A stretch of 64,000 bases of DNA from an uncultured Gemmatimonadaceae bacterium (lineage in GTDB: Bacteria; Gemmatimonadota; Gemmatimonadetes; Gemmatimonadales; Gemmatimonadaceae): assembly GCA_963740355.1 (NCBI GenBank), contig CAVUDW010000002.1, positions 1,888,001 to 1,952,000 of the forward strand, read 5' to 3'. The position numbers were made by a program, and so were the translations under genes. Shown in pieces: positions 20,858 to 29,621 of this stretch (positions are counted from its first letter, which is position 1; every line of letters starts with the position of its first letter). Below the pieces are notes generated by a model, which saw only the letters and a program-made list of their open reading frames with translations, did not search any database and was not told the origin of the DNA.

Positions 20858-21424
20858 ATGAGCGTCAGCGTACCGCAACCGTTCCACACCACGGTGCACG
20901 CCGCGCAGCCGTTTCGCGCGAAAGTCGAGGGCGTTCCGACGTCGTTCACGATTGGAATTTCCGATCTGCCGTCGCTGGATGTGTCGGTGGAGAAGATCCC
21001 GGTGCTGCACCTGAGCGTTGACGCGATCCCCGCGGTGCATCTCAGTGTGGACGCCATTCCACCGTTGCACATCAACATCGACACGCTGCCGCCGATCAAG
21101 GTGGAGCTCGCTCCGATCGAACTCAAGCTCAGCGAAATACCATCGACGCGTGTGCATATCCCGGCAGACTTTGCGGTCAGCCTGTCGCTGCTTGGAATGG
21201 ACTTCGGCTCGGTGCGGCTGTGTGGCGAGGCGCAAGTCATCACCGAGCCGTACAAGCCGAACCCGTGTGAGATCTGCAGTCGGGCACCCGCTGATGCGGT
21301 GATCGTGAAGCCCACCGAGCCGATCGTGCCCAGGCCGAACGATCCTGTCGTGGTGAAGCCGCGCGATCCGGTGGTGGGTCAGCCGGTCACGCCCGTGACG
21401 CCGACGCCACGTCCACCGAATTGA
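20858..21424 (+). CDS. Hypothetical protein with 10-aa hydrophobic repeats, a CxxC and a Pro-rich tail
   Basis: AGGAG RBS; ISDLPSLDVS/VEKIPVLHLS/VDAIPAVHLS/VDAIPPLHIN/IDTLPPIKVE; PCEIC. Confidence 0.8.
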   Translation: MSVSVPQPFHTTVHAAQPFRAKVEGVPTSFTIGISDLPSLDVSVEKIPVLHLSVDAIPAVHLSVDAIPPLHINIDTLPPIKVELAPIELKLSEIPSTRVHIPADFAVSLSLLGMDFGSVRLCGEAQVITEPYKPNPCEICSRAPADAVIVKPTEPIVPRPNDPVVVKPRDPVVGQPVTPVTPTPRPPN

Positions 21425-21427
21425 TGT

Positions 21428-22186
21428 ATGGCGCAGGCGACAAAGACCGAGGGTGAACCGACCGCCGTCCGCTTCCGCGGCATTCCGTCCGGGCTGACAG
21501 GTGTCATCCCCGAGCTGACGGAATCGGCGTCGGAGATTGCGCTCACGATTCGTGGCGTGCGTGAACCGAAGGATTCCATCGACTTCATGGTTCAGTCCGA
21601 CATCGATCCGCGCGTGTTGCGACTCTTCCTGCCGGCGGACGTGGTGCCTGGCAAATACAGCGGTGTCCTGTCGCTCGACGGCAACACTCGACCGGCGCAG
21701 GTGGAAGTTGAGGCTGCACCCCATCTGCGCGCCTTCCCGGAACAGCTGCGACTCACTGCGCGACCCGGTGAGACAGTCAGGCAGCAGCTCACCGTGCTGA
21801 ACGATGGCAACGTGACTGTCACGCTTCGCAAGGTGCAGGCATTCGGAGTGATCCTTGCTGGAGGCATCGAACGGGCGTTGCGTCGTGCCTATGTGACCAG
21901 GCTGGCCGAGACCCAGCGGCGCGTGGATGTGATCGCCGACTCGATCGCCGCGGCACACGGCGGACTGGTGAAGATGTCGCTCGACGGTGGGGCCGTGTCG
22001 CTGCGACCCGGTGAGTTGCGCGAAATCGACGTCACGATCCGGCTTCCCAACGAGCTATCGCCGGGAGCGGAGTATGGTGGCAACTGGGAAGTCGCCGGGC
22101 TCGTCTATCCCGTCATCATCCAGGTATCGGGCACGAAGACCGAGCCGAGTGACGACGAGCATGACGATCCGCCCGTCGTCAACTGA
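21428..22186 (+). CDS. Hypothetical protein with probable Ig-like beta-sandwich domains
   Basis: PGKYSGVL, PGETVRQQLTVLNDGNVTV, LRPGELREIDVTIRLP..PGAEYGG; starts 3 nt after the upstream stop. Confidence 0.8.
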   Translation: MAQATKTEGEPTAVRFRGIPSGLTGVIPELTESASEIALTIRGVREPKDSIDFMVQSDIDPRVLRLFLPADVVPGKYSGVLSLDGNTRPAQVEVEAAPHLRAFPEQLRLTARPGETVRQQLTVLNDGNVTVTLRKVQAFGVILAGGIERALRRAYVTRLAETQRRVDVIADSIAAAHGGLVKMSLDGGAVSLRPGELREIDVTIRLPNELSPGAEYGGNWEVAGLVYPVIIQVSGTKTEPSDDEHDDPPVVN

Positions 22187-22265
22187 GCAGTCGCTGTGGT
22201 ACGACGGCGAGACGAACCACCGCTCGCATGTGACGTGGGAACGCCAGACCTCTGGAGACTCTACG

Positions 22266-22910
22266 ATGGCTTCGACGACGAAAGCCCGGCCGATGGGCGA
22301 TGTGCCCGGCGCATTCATGGGACTGCTGGCCGCGCAGATGAAGCTCGGGCAGCAGTTGTATGAAGACTTCACCGGAATGAAGGCACCGGACATGACATCG
22401 TCGATGTCGCAGTCGTGGAACGCCTGGCAGGAGGCGCTCATGAATCCTCCCGTGGCGACGCCGTCCTGCAGCGTTCCGCCGCCGTGCTGGATGCCGAAGA
22501 AACTCGGCGACATCACCAGCTACGCCTGCGGCTGCAGCACCGTCAAGGTGAAGATCGAAGTCACGAACTGCGACCGTGTGGCGCGAACCTTCAGCGTGCG
22601 GAGCGATGGCGTGGAGGGGGTGAAGATCGCACCCGACTCCATCAGCCTCAACCCGATGCGGCGGGGGACGATCGAGGTCTCGTTCAAGCTGCCGGAGGAC
22701 ATCGACGAAGGCACCGAGTATGAAACGCTGCTCTGGATCGAGGGCTGCAACCAGCACGTCCTGCGGTGGACCATCGTCGCCGGACACGCGGGGATGGATT
22801 CCACGCACGAAGTGAAGGTCAGCGATTGCCCGGACTACCGGCATCACTGGTACGACCACTTCTACTGCAATCGACCCTGCTCGCACACCCGGGTAACGCG
22901 CAATGGCTGA
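22266..22910 (+). CDS. Hypothetical Cys/His-rich protein (amphipathic helix + Ig-like domain)
   Basis: GGAG RBS; CSVPPPCWMP; C-terminal DCPDYRHHWYDHFYCNRPC; 9 Cys. Confidence 0.85.
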   Translation: MASTTKARPMGDVPGAFMGLLAAQMKLGQQLYEDFTGMKAPDMTSSMSQSWNAWQEALMNPPVATPSCSVPPPCWMPKKLGDITSYACGCSTVKVKIEVTNCDRVARTFSVRSDGVEGVKIAPDSISLNPMRRGTIEVSFKLPEDIDEGTEYETLLWIEGCNQHVLRWTIVAGHAGMDSTHEVKVSDCPDYRHHWYDHFYCNRPCSHTRVTRNG

Positions 22911-23445
22911 TCGGACACAGATGGAAGACGTTATGCGCCGCGCGTTCGACGCCAACCTGCGTTACTGGGAAACAGTCGGGCGTGCGACCACCGACTACGT
23001 GCAGACAGTCTCGAAGTTGTGGGCCGACGCGCCGATCAGTTGGAAGCCGGCCACCATGACCTGGAACCCGGCCACCTGGGCGGGGCAGCGCACCGCGCAC
23101 GCTGATCACCGTCACGACGCTGCCGTGGCGCCAGCGCTGGTGCTCGAAGGGGTGGCTGGCGCGCAGGTTCGGACGGTGCTGATGATCAGCAATGACCTCA
23201 CCTGTGATGCCGACGCGACGGTCGAGATCTCGACGCTGCGCGGTCCCGATGGCCGCTTCGCGTCGGTCGAGGTCCGCGCCATGCCCGAGTCGTTGACGCT
23301 CGTCGCTGGTGCGCGTGCACCCGTCACGCTGGTGGCCGACATCACCGACGCCTTGCATGTGGACACCGACTATCACGGAGAAGTGACGGTGCCCGGACTG
23401 TCGACGAAAGGCGTGCCGATTGTGGTGCGGCGACGGGCGAAGTAG
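22903..23445 (+). CDS. Hypothetical protein (amphipathic helix + Ig-like domain)
   Basis: 8-nt overlap with the previous gene; helix RRAFDANLRYWETVGRATTDYVQTVSKLW; PESLTLVAG...YHGEVTVPG. Confidence 0.8.
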   Translation: MADRTQMEDVMRRAFDANLRYWETVGRATTDYVQTVSKLWADAPISWKPATMTWNPATWAGQRTAHADHRHDAAVAPALVLEGVAGAQVRTVLMISNDLTCDADATVEISTLRGPDGRFASVEVRAMPESLTLVAGARAPVTLVADITDALHVDTDYHGEVTVPGLSTKGVPIVVRRRAK

Positions 23446-23528
23446 TCGCGGCGCGCTATCGGATTTCCGGTGGCGCCAGGTTCGGTGAGAAGACTCCGAG
23501 CAACCGTTTCGATACAGCACGTTCGCCC

Positions 23529-23702
23529 TCAGTCAGGCTCGCGCTGCGCTCTCGCAATGTTGTTCAGCTGGCGCTGCAGCCGATCCAGTCGGTCCTCGAT
23601 CGGCTCGAGTGCGCCGCGGACTATCCAGCGGATGCCGTAGCCGAGCGCCGCGATGACGCAGCCATAGAAGATCAGGTAGGACAGAAATATGCCAAGGAAC
23701 AC
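23529..23702 (-). CDS. Small single-pass membrane protein with coiled-coil tail
   Basis: GGAG RBS before GTG 23702; FLGIFLSYLIFYGCVIAALGYGI then IEDRLDRLQRQL. Confidence 0.55.
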   Translation of the reverse strand: MFLGIFLSYLIFYGCVIAALGYGIRWIVRGALEPIEDRLDRLQRQLNNIARAQREPD

Positions 23703-23796
23703 GTCGGCTCCAGCGAGGTGATAGTAGCGGCGTGATCTGACATTACACCTGTTTCGACAATAAAGACATCGCCGCGCCATCCCGGACTGGTCGAAC

Positions 23797-23840
23797 AAAA
23801 ACACCGGGGCCCGTCCCGATTGGCAGGACGGACCCCGGTG
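23797..23840 (-). terminator. Rho-independent terminator of the SnoaL-like gene
   Basis: CACCGGGG...CCCCGGTG stem with an A5 run on the left (U-tract on the minus strand). Confidence 0.6.
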
Positions 23841-23888
23841 CGCTTTCATAACCCATTGATGCGTCTGGATTTACCGCTCGGGGCAGCG

Positions 23889-24278
23889 TCAGCTCCCGGC
23901 GTTATAGAAAAACTCCTCATGCACGATCTTGCCGTCGCGCACCGTGTAGAGCGCCGCCTCTTCCATCGTGAATCGCTTCTGGGTCGGCTTGAACGTGATG
24001 TCGTATTTCATGTTCACGATGAATCGGTCACCATGCGGCCACGGGCCCGAAAACTGGGCATCGTGAATTTCATGGTTGTCCATCCACCACTGGCCCTTGG
24101 CCATGCAGGCCTCCATGCCGGTGGCCGTCGCCGGGCCGCTGCCGTCGGGGCTGCCAGCCTCGACGCTCACGATATCCGTGGAATACAAGGTCCGGATGGC
24201 TTCGGAGTTCTTGCCCTGCCGGCAGAGGTCGACCAGCGTCGTGCCAATCTCCATCGTACTCATCTGTGTCGTGCTCAT
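23889..24278 (-). CDS. SnoaL-like/NTF2-family protein
   Basis: LVDLCRQGK..AI..LY...VSVEA...GPWPHGDRF...MEEAALYTVRDGKIVHEEFFY; real start ATG 24278. Confidence 0.88.
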   Translation of the reverse strand: MSTTQMSTMEIGTTLVDLCRQGKNSEAIRTLYSTDIVSVEAGSPDGSGPATATGMEACMAKGQWWMDNHEIHDAQFSGPWPHGDRFIVNMKYDITFKPTQKRFTMEEAALYTVRDGKIVHEEFFYNAGS

Positions 24279-24401
24279 CCGGAGCTCCTCGCCTTCAAGT
24301 GTCGTTGCATTCGGAATCGGGGCAGGACGATAGAGTCGCGCGCGACCGCCCGCAACGCCCCAGCATCTCGCGCCAGCGTGGGCCGCACGTAGCTTCGGCG
24401 C

Positions 24402-26162
24402 ATGCGCCTCTCTCGACTGTTCTCCCGCTCGCTGGCCACCACTCTTCTGCCTGCAGCGCTGCTCATCGCCTGCGGCCGTGCCGCTGCCACCGATGCGCCC
24501 CCGGACCTGATCCTGCACAATGCGCGGATCTACACGCTCGGATGGAGTGAGCCCTCGCTCGATGGGGTGCCTGCAAGCGATGCTCCCTTCGACGCCACAC
24601 AAGGCTGGCATCACGACGCCTCGGCGGTCGCGATCCGCGGTGGACGAATCGTGTACGTCGGCTCCGACTCTGGCGCGCTCGCGCACCGTGGAACGGCAAC
24701 ACGCGTCGTCGATCTTCAGCAAGCGGTGATGCTGCCCGGAATGGTGGATTCGCATACCCATGTCGCCGAGTTGGGACAGTCGCTGGATCGCGTGAACCTG
24801 ACCGGCCTCGCGACGGAAGCCGAGGCAGTGCAGCGCATCGTTGATCGCGCCGCAACCACACCGAAGGGGGAATGGATCATCGGCTATGGATGGGATGAAG
24901 GCGCGTGGGCCAACCACTACCCCGACAAGAAGCTGCTCTCGGAGCGGGTGCCGGATCACCCAGTCCTGATGCGAGGGTTGCACGGCTTCGCCGCGTGGGG
25001 CAACACGCTGGCATTGCAGCAAGCCGGGATCACGCGCGACAGGGCCGCGCCAACCGGTGGCGAGATCCGCAAGGACGCGACCGGAGAACCGACTGGGTTG
25101 GTCCTCAATCGCGCGGTGCCCTTGCTCGACGATGCGGTGCCGTTGCCAACAGCCGCACAGCGCGACAAACAGGTGCTGCGCGCCCTGCACGTCATGGCAG
25201 ATGGCGGCTACACCGGTGTGCATGAGGCAGGCGTCGCACCCGACGTGATGGCGTCATTCGAGCGCCTTGCCAGGCTGGATTCACTGCCACTCCGCGTCTA
25301 CGCAATGCTCAGCGGACGTGACTCGACGTTGATCCGACAGTGGATCAAGCGCGGCCCGTACACCGCGCCCAACGGCATGTTGGTGGTGCGGTCGGTGAAG
25401 GCGTATTTCGATGGCGCGCTCGGCTCGCGCGGCGCACAGTTGTTGTCGGACTATTCGGATCGAGCGGGCCACCGCGGCATCAGCGGCGGCGCCTATGGCT
25501 TCGATCGGACTGTCGTCGGCGATGCGATGTCGGCTGGATTCCAGGTTGGAATCCACGCCATCGGTGATGCTGGCAATCGCGCGACGCTCGACTTCATCGA
25601 CTCGGTGATGAAGGTCGCACCCAAGGCTCGTGATCTCCGGCATCGCATCGAGCACGCGCAGGTGGTGTCGCCACAGGACATTCCGCGGTTTTCAGCGCTT
25701 GGTGTGATTGCCTCCATGCAGCCCCCGCACGCCGTCGAGGACAAGGGGTGGGCAGAGGAACGACTCGGGCATGCCCGCATCGCCGGCGCGTACGCATGGC
25801 GCACGCTGCGCCGAGCGGGTGCGCATCTGGCCTTCTCCTCCGACCTGCCCGGGTCCGACTGGAGTCTGTTCTACGGCCTCCACTCGGCCATGACGCGCCA
25901 GGATACCACCGGTGCGCCACCGGGCGGCTGGTATCCCGACCAGAAGATGTCGCCCGAGGAGGCGGTGCGTGGCTATTCGGCGTGGAGTGCCTTCGCCAGC
26001 TTCGATGAGAAGGAAGCCGGCAGCATCGTGGTCGGCAAACGTGCCGACTTCACCGTGCTCGATGTCGATCCATTCCGCCTTGCCGCGCCCGCTGAGATGC
26101 TGCGCGGCAAGGTGCTCGTGACCGTCTCGCGTGGGCGGTTGGTCTACCAGCGCGCCCCGTGA
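24402..26162 (+). CDS. Amidohydrolase-3 (YtcJ-like) lipoprotein
   Basis: LLIAC lipobox; PGMVDSHTH, IHAIGD, RHRIEHAQ, SSD, GKRADFTVLD. Confidence 0.92.
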   Translation: MRLSRLFSRSLATTLLPAALLIACGRAAATDAPPDLILHNARIYTLGWSEPSLDGVPASDAPFDATQGWHHDASAVAIRGGRIVYVGSDSGALAHRGTATRVVDLQQAVMLPGMVDSHTHVAELGQSLDRVNLTGLATEAEAVQRIVDRAATTPKGEWIIGYGWDEGAWANHYPDKKLLSERVPDHPVLMRGLHGFAAWGNTLALQQAGITRDRAAPTGGEIRKDATGEPTGLVLNRAVPLLDDAVPLPTAAQRDKQVLRALHVMADGGYTGVHEAGVAPDVMASFERLARLDSLPLRVYAMLSGRDSTLIRQWIKRGPYTAPNGMLVVRSVKAYFDGALGSRGAQLLSDYSDRAGHRGISGGAYGFDRTVVGDAMSAGFQVGIHAIGDAGNRATLDFIDSVMKVAPKARDLRHRIEHAQVVSPQDIPRFSALGVIASMQPPHAVEDKGWAEERLGHARIAGAYAWRTLRRAGAHLAFSSDLPGSDWSLFYGLHSAMTRQDTTGAPPGGWYPDQKMSPEEAVRGYSAWSAFASFDEKEAGSIVVGKRADFTVLDVDPFRLAAPAEMLRGKVLVTVSRGRLVYQRAP

Positions 26163-26171
26163 GACGATCGG

Positions 26172-27350
26172 TCACACGCGCAGTGTTTCCGGCAGGGCGG
26201 CGATGAACGCCTTCATTTCGTCCGGCGTCCCGATGCTGATACGGCACCAGTCGTTGTAGGGCTGAAATGGGCGGCCGACGAGAAACCCTTTCTCCTTCAT
26301 CGCCGCGGCGAAGCGCTGTACCGGCATGCCGATTTGCGCGAAGACGAAGTTTGCCTGCGACGGCAGGACGCGCTTGCCCATGCTGGTGAACGCCGCGGTG
26401 AGGAGCGCACGTCCTTCGCGGGTGCGCATCTTCACAAATTCCTGGTACTGCGTGTCCTGCAGCGATGCGATCGCGGCTTGCATGCCGAAGGCATTGGCGT
26501 TGCCCGTCATGTACTTGCCGAGCCGAGCGACGATGTCCGGGCGCGCGATTGCAAACCCGACACGCAATCCCGCCAGGCCGTGGATCTTCGAGGCTGTGCG
26601 CGAAACGATCACGTTTTCGCCCTTCAACACCAGGTCCACCAGCGACTTGGTGGTCGTGTCATCGACGAAGTCATGATACGCCTCGTCCACCAGGACCAGG
26701 GCGCGATGTTGCGTGGCGCTGACGAAGGCACGCATCTTCTGCGCGTCGGCAATCGTGCTCGTCGGGTTGTTCGGATTGCAGACGAAGACAAGGTTCACGG
26801 CACTCGTGATCCGTGTGTCCATGGCGTCGAAGTCGTGACCGAAATCGGCAGTGAGCGGCACCTTCTGGACCGTGGCTCCAATCTTCTCCGCGTAGCCAGG
26901 CAGCCCCTCGAACGTCGGCCAGGGCGTCACGACTTCACCGCCGTGCATGTTGTAGGCGAGTGCGGCAACCGACAGAGTCTCGCTCGACCCCTGCGTGATG
27001 AGGATGTTCGACGGATCGACCCCCACGCTTTTCGCGAACACGTCCTTCAGCAGCGCGTGCGAGCTCAGGCCATACAGGCTGTGTTCGAACCAGCCAGAGA
27101 GGATGCCATCCTTGGCCTTCGGCGACATGCCGAACGGATTTTCGTTGGCTGAGAGGCGAACTGGCCCCGCTGCACGGCGCGATTCCGTGGCGCTGGCTTC
27201 CATCTCGAGCAATCGGTCGCTGTAGTTGCCTGCGCCGCCGAGCGTCTTGGCGGTGCCAAGGGCGGGCAACACGGCCGGCAGGAGGACTGATGACCCAGCC
27301 GCGAGGCCGGTGGAGATCAGCCATTGGCGGCGATTCACTGGAGCAGTCAC
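26172..27350 (-). CDS. PLP aminotransferase class I/II (HisC-like) with Tat signal
   Basis: NRRQWL twin-arginine leader; LSANENPFG, CNPNNPT, DEAY, SRTASKIHGLAGLRVG, RISIGT. Confidence 0.88.
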   Translation of the reverse strand: MTAPVNRRQWLISTGLAAGSSVLLPAVLPALGTAKTLGGAGNYSDRLLEMEASATESRRAAGPVRLSANENPFGMSPKAKDGILSGWFEHSLYGLSSHALLKDVFAKSVGVDPSNILITQGSSETLSVAALAYNMHGGEVVTPWPTFEGLPGYAEKIGATVQKVPLTADFGHDFDAMDTRITSAVNLVFVCNPNNPTSTIADAQKMRAFVSATQHRALVLVDEAYHDFVDDTTTKSLVDLVLKGENVIVSRTASKIHGLAGLRVGFAIARPDIVARLGKYMTGNANAFGMQAAIASLQDTQYQEFVKMRTREGRALLTAAFTSMGKRVLPSQANFVFAQIGMPVQRFAAAMKEKGFLVGRPFQPYNDWCRISIGTPDEMKAFIAALPETLRV

Positions 27351-27458
27351 GGGAGCCTCACGGTAGGGCGGGAGGGAGCGCGCGGATGTCTGAGCATAGC
27401 AGGGTGGGGGAAGGGGCTGTGTCTCCCTTACCCCGCCACGGCATCCGGTCGTGAACTG

Positions 27459-29621
27459 CTACCGGGCAGTCTGCCCGCGGATGCCAGCGCGCAAACCCAC
27501 GGCCACCTGCCGCTGGAACGCCGCGGTCCAACCCGTCGGCCGCTGATCGAACAGGTTCACCACGCCAACCGAGAGCTCCATCGCACGCCGCACACCGATT
27601 CGCAGCTGACCATCGACCGAGACGAAACCGTCCTGCGTGATGTTCCCGCGCGGCGCCGAGCTGGTGTAGCGTGTGGAGATATCACCTGCGATGCCGCCGA
27701 GCGGCTGCCACTGCTGTGACAGCGCCAGGCGCGCCGTGTGCCGCGCCCGTCCATCGAGCGTCGCACCAGTGAGGAGGTTGCGGGCTCGCAGGTAGTCGTA
27801 GCCGAGCACCACCTCCATCGTCGGCATCGTGAAACGCGCGCTGCTTTCAATTCCCTCTGTTCTTGCGCGCTCGACATTCACGTTCTGGTAGACGATCAGG
27901 CCTGCCGCATTGGTACCCGTGGCCTGTGTGGCGATCAGGTTGGAGAGGGCGTTGCGATAACCTTCCAGTTCGAGCGACAGACCTGCTGCCGGCGCCCACG
28001 CGCCACCGAGCGTGGTGCTCCACGACTTTTCTGGCTGCAGCGTCGGGTTGCCGACGATCTGGTATCCCGCGGCACCGTTGATGAAGGTGTAGCGGAGCTC
28101 CTTGAAGGACGGGGCGCGGAAGCCTCTCGCGAAGTTCGTGTGTACGCGCCAGGTCGGCGAGAGCTGCCACACGGCACCGATCGTGGGAGAAACAGCGTCA
28201 CCCCACAGGGTGCTCGACGAACTCCGCGCGCCTGCGGTAAGCAAAACCGGACCCAAGGTCCAGGCGTCGCGGGCGAAGAACTCCAGCACTCGATCATTGA
28301 CGCTGTCGCCGTCGATCTTGGTCGGTGCGACGATACCGCGAGCGCTGAACTGCACACCGGCGTCGAAGGAGTGCTGGCCAACAGCCTTCGAATAGGAGAG
28401 GAGGCCGCGGGCCATGCGTTCCTGCTGCTCCAGCGAATCAGCCGACCCCGCGATTGGCAGGTCGCCCAGTGCCTCACGGAATTGGTAGGCGTATCGCTGC
28501 CCGAACACCCGAGCACGGAACAGCCCACCACCCACCTTCACCTGCGACTCCACGAAGCCTTGCAGCGAGTGATTGTCGATGAAGCCGTTGAATCCGGCGC
28601 CCACCGGCCAGCGCTGCCGCTGTTGTGAGTACGTGAGATCGGTGCGGAGTGAAACGCGCTCGGAGACGCGCACGCGAGTGTCGCCGCGGAAATCGTAGAC
28701 GCGGTCGAGCGTCGATCCTTCGGCATTGATCGCCGTCACGCGGTCCGTCTGACGCCAACCGCCATTGAGTCGAAATCCAATCGGACCAACGGTGTTGCTC
28801 AACTCCGCCGAGCTCTCACGACGACCGAGTTCTCCGGTGCGTGCATTCACTTCGGCAGTGAGGCCAGGCGTCGGTGCGGCGGTGACGAGATTGATCACGC
28901 CGCCCAGCGCCTCACTGCCGAACTCCACGCTGCCCGGTCCCTTCACGACCTCGATACGCTCGGCGGCCAGCGTCGAGAGGCGGCCGATGTCGCGATTCTC
29001 TGTCATCGCGCCCGCCATCGGCTCACCGTCCACCAGCACGAGCACGCGTGATTGATCGAGGCCACGGATGGCAATCGATGTCTGGGCTGGCGGCGATCCA
29101 ATTTCCTGCAGGCCGGGAATGCGGCGCAACAACTGGTTGGCGGAAACCGCCCCGGCCGCGACGATGTCCGCCTTCGTCAGAACGGTCACACTGGCGGGTG
29201 ACTCACCAGCGCGGATCTCGCGCTGACCAACGGTCGTCACGACGCGATCGAGCATCGTCGGCAGCGGCAGCATGGCGATCGACAGCTGCGGTGCCTCGAC
29301 CAGCACGCGTCGCTCGCGAAATCCAAGCGCACGGATGCGCAGGCTGTCACCAACGGTGGCACGGATGCGGAACGCCCCGGCTTCGTCGGTGCGCGCGCGG
29401 GCTCCGCTCGACACGACCGTAACTTCGGCCGACACCACAATCATCCCCTGCTCGCCGCGGCCGGTGACCGTCCCGCGCACCAGCTGGCTCGCTTGCGCAG
29501 CGAGTGGCGCGGTGAAGGCTGCGCCACTCGTCAATGCCAGCGTGATCAGCAGACACACCGCGAGGGCACGCACGCGCTCCCCCACGCACGCACCCTCACG
29601 ATATGTCGTACTCCCGTTCAT
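27459..29621 (-). CDS. TonB-dependent receptor (HmuR/FepA-like)
   Basis: Plug IRGL..RVLVLVDG..ERIEVVKG..G..ALGGVINLVT; GFRAPS, GNPTLQPE; ATGA overlap with hmuY. Confidence 0.92.
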   Translation of the reverse strand: MNGSTTYREGACVGERVRALAVCLLITLALTSGAAFTAPLAAQASQLVRGTVTGRGEQGMIVVSAEVTVVSSGARARTDEAGAFRIRATVGDSLRIRALGFRERRVLVEAPQLSIAMLPLPTMLDRVVTTVGQREIRAGESPASVTVLTKADIVAAGAVSANQLLRRIPGLQEIGSPPAQTSIAIRGLDQSRVLVLVDGEPMAGAMTENRDIGRLSTLAAERIEVVKGPGSVEFGSEALGGVINLVTAAPTPGLTAEVNARTGELGRRESSAELSNTVGPIGFRLNGGWRQTDRVTAINAEGSTLDRVYDFRGDTRVRVSERVSLRTDLTYSQQRQRWPVGAGFNGFIDNHSLQGFVESQVKVGGGLFRARVFGQRYAYQFREALGDLPIAGSADSLEQQERMARGLLSYSKAVGQHSFDAGVQFSARGIVAPTKIDGDSVNDRVLEFFARDAWTLGPVLLTAGARSSSSTLWGDAVSPTIGAVWQLSPTWRVHTNFARGFRAPSFKELRYTFINGAAGYQIVGNPTLQPEKSWSTTLGGAWAPAAGLSLELEGYRNALSNLIATQATGTNAAGLIVYQNVNVERARTEGIESSARFTMPTMEVVLGYDYLRARNLLTGATLDGRARHTARLALSQQWQPLGGIAGDISTRYTSSAPRGNITQDGFVSVDGQLRIGVRRAMELSVGVVNLFDQRPTGWTAAFQRQVAVGLRAGIRGQTAR

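Noticed and set aside
11800..23500. Integrative element or prophage explanation for the unknown cluster
   Set aside because: No integrase, tRNA, att repeats or phage genes seen; only the promoter spacers are AT-enriched.
24279..25223. N-terminal extension of the SnoaL ORF to 444 aa
   Set aside because: It overlaps the amidohydrolase antisense; the real start is 24278.
26172..27350. hisC gene symbol
   Set aside because: Tat leader and no his operon context.
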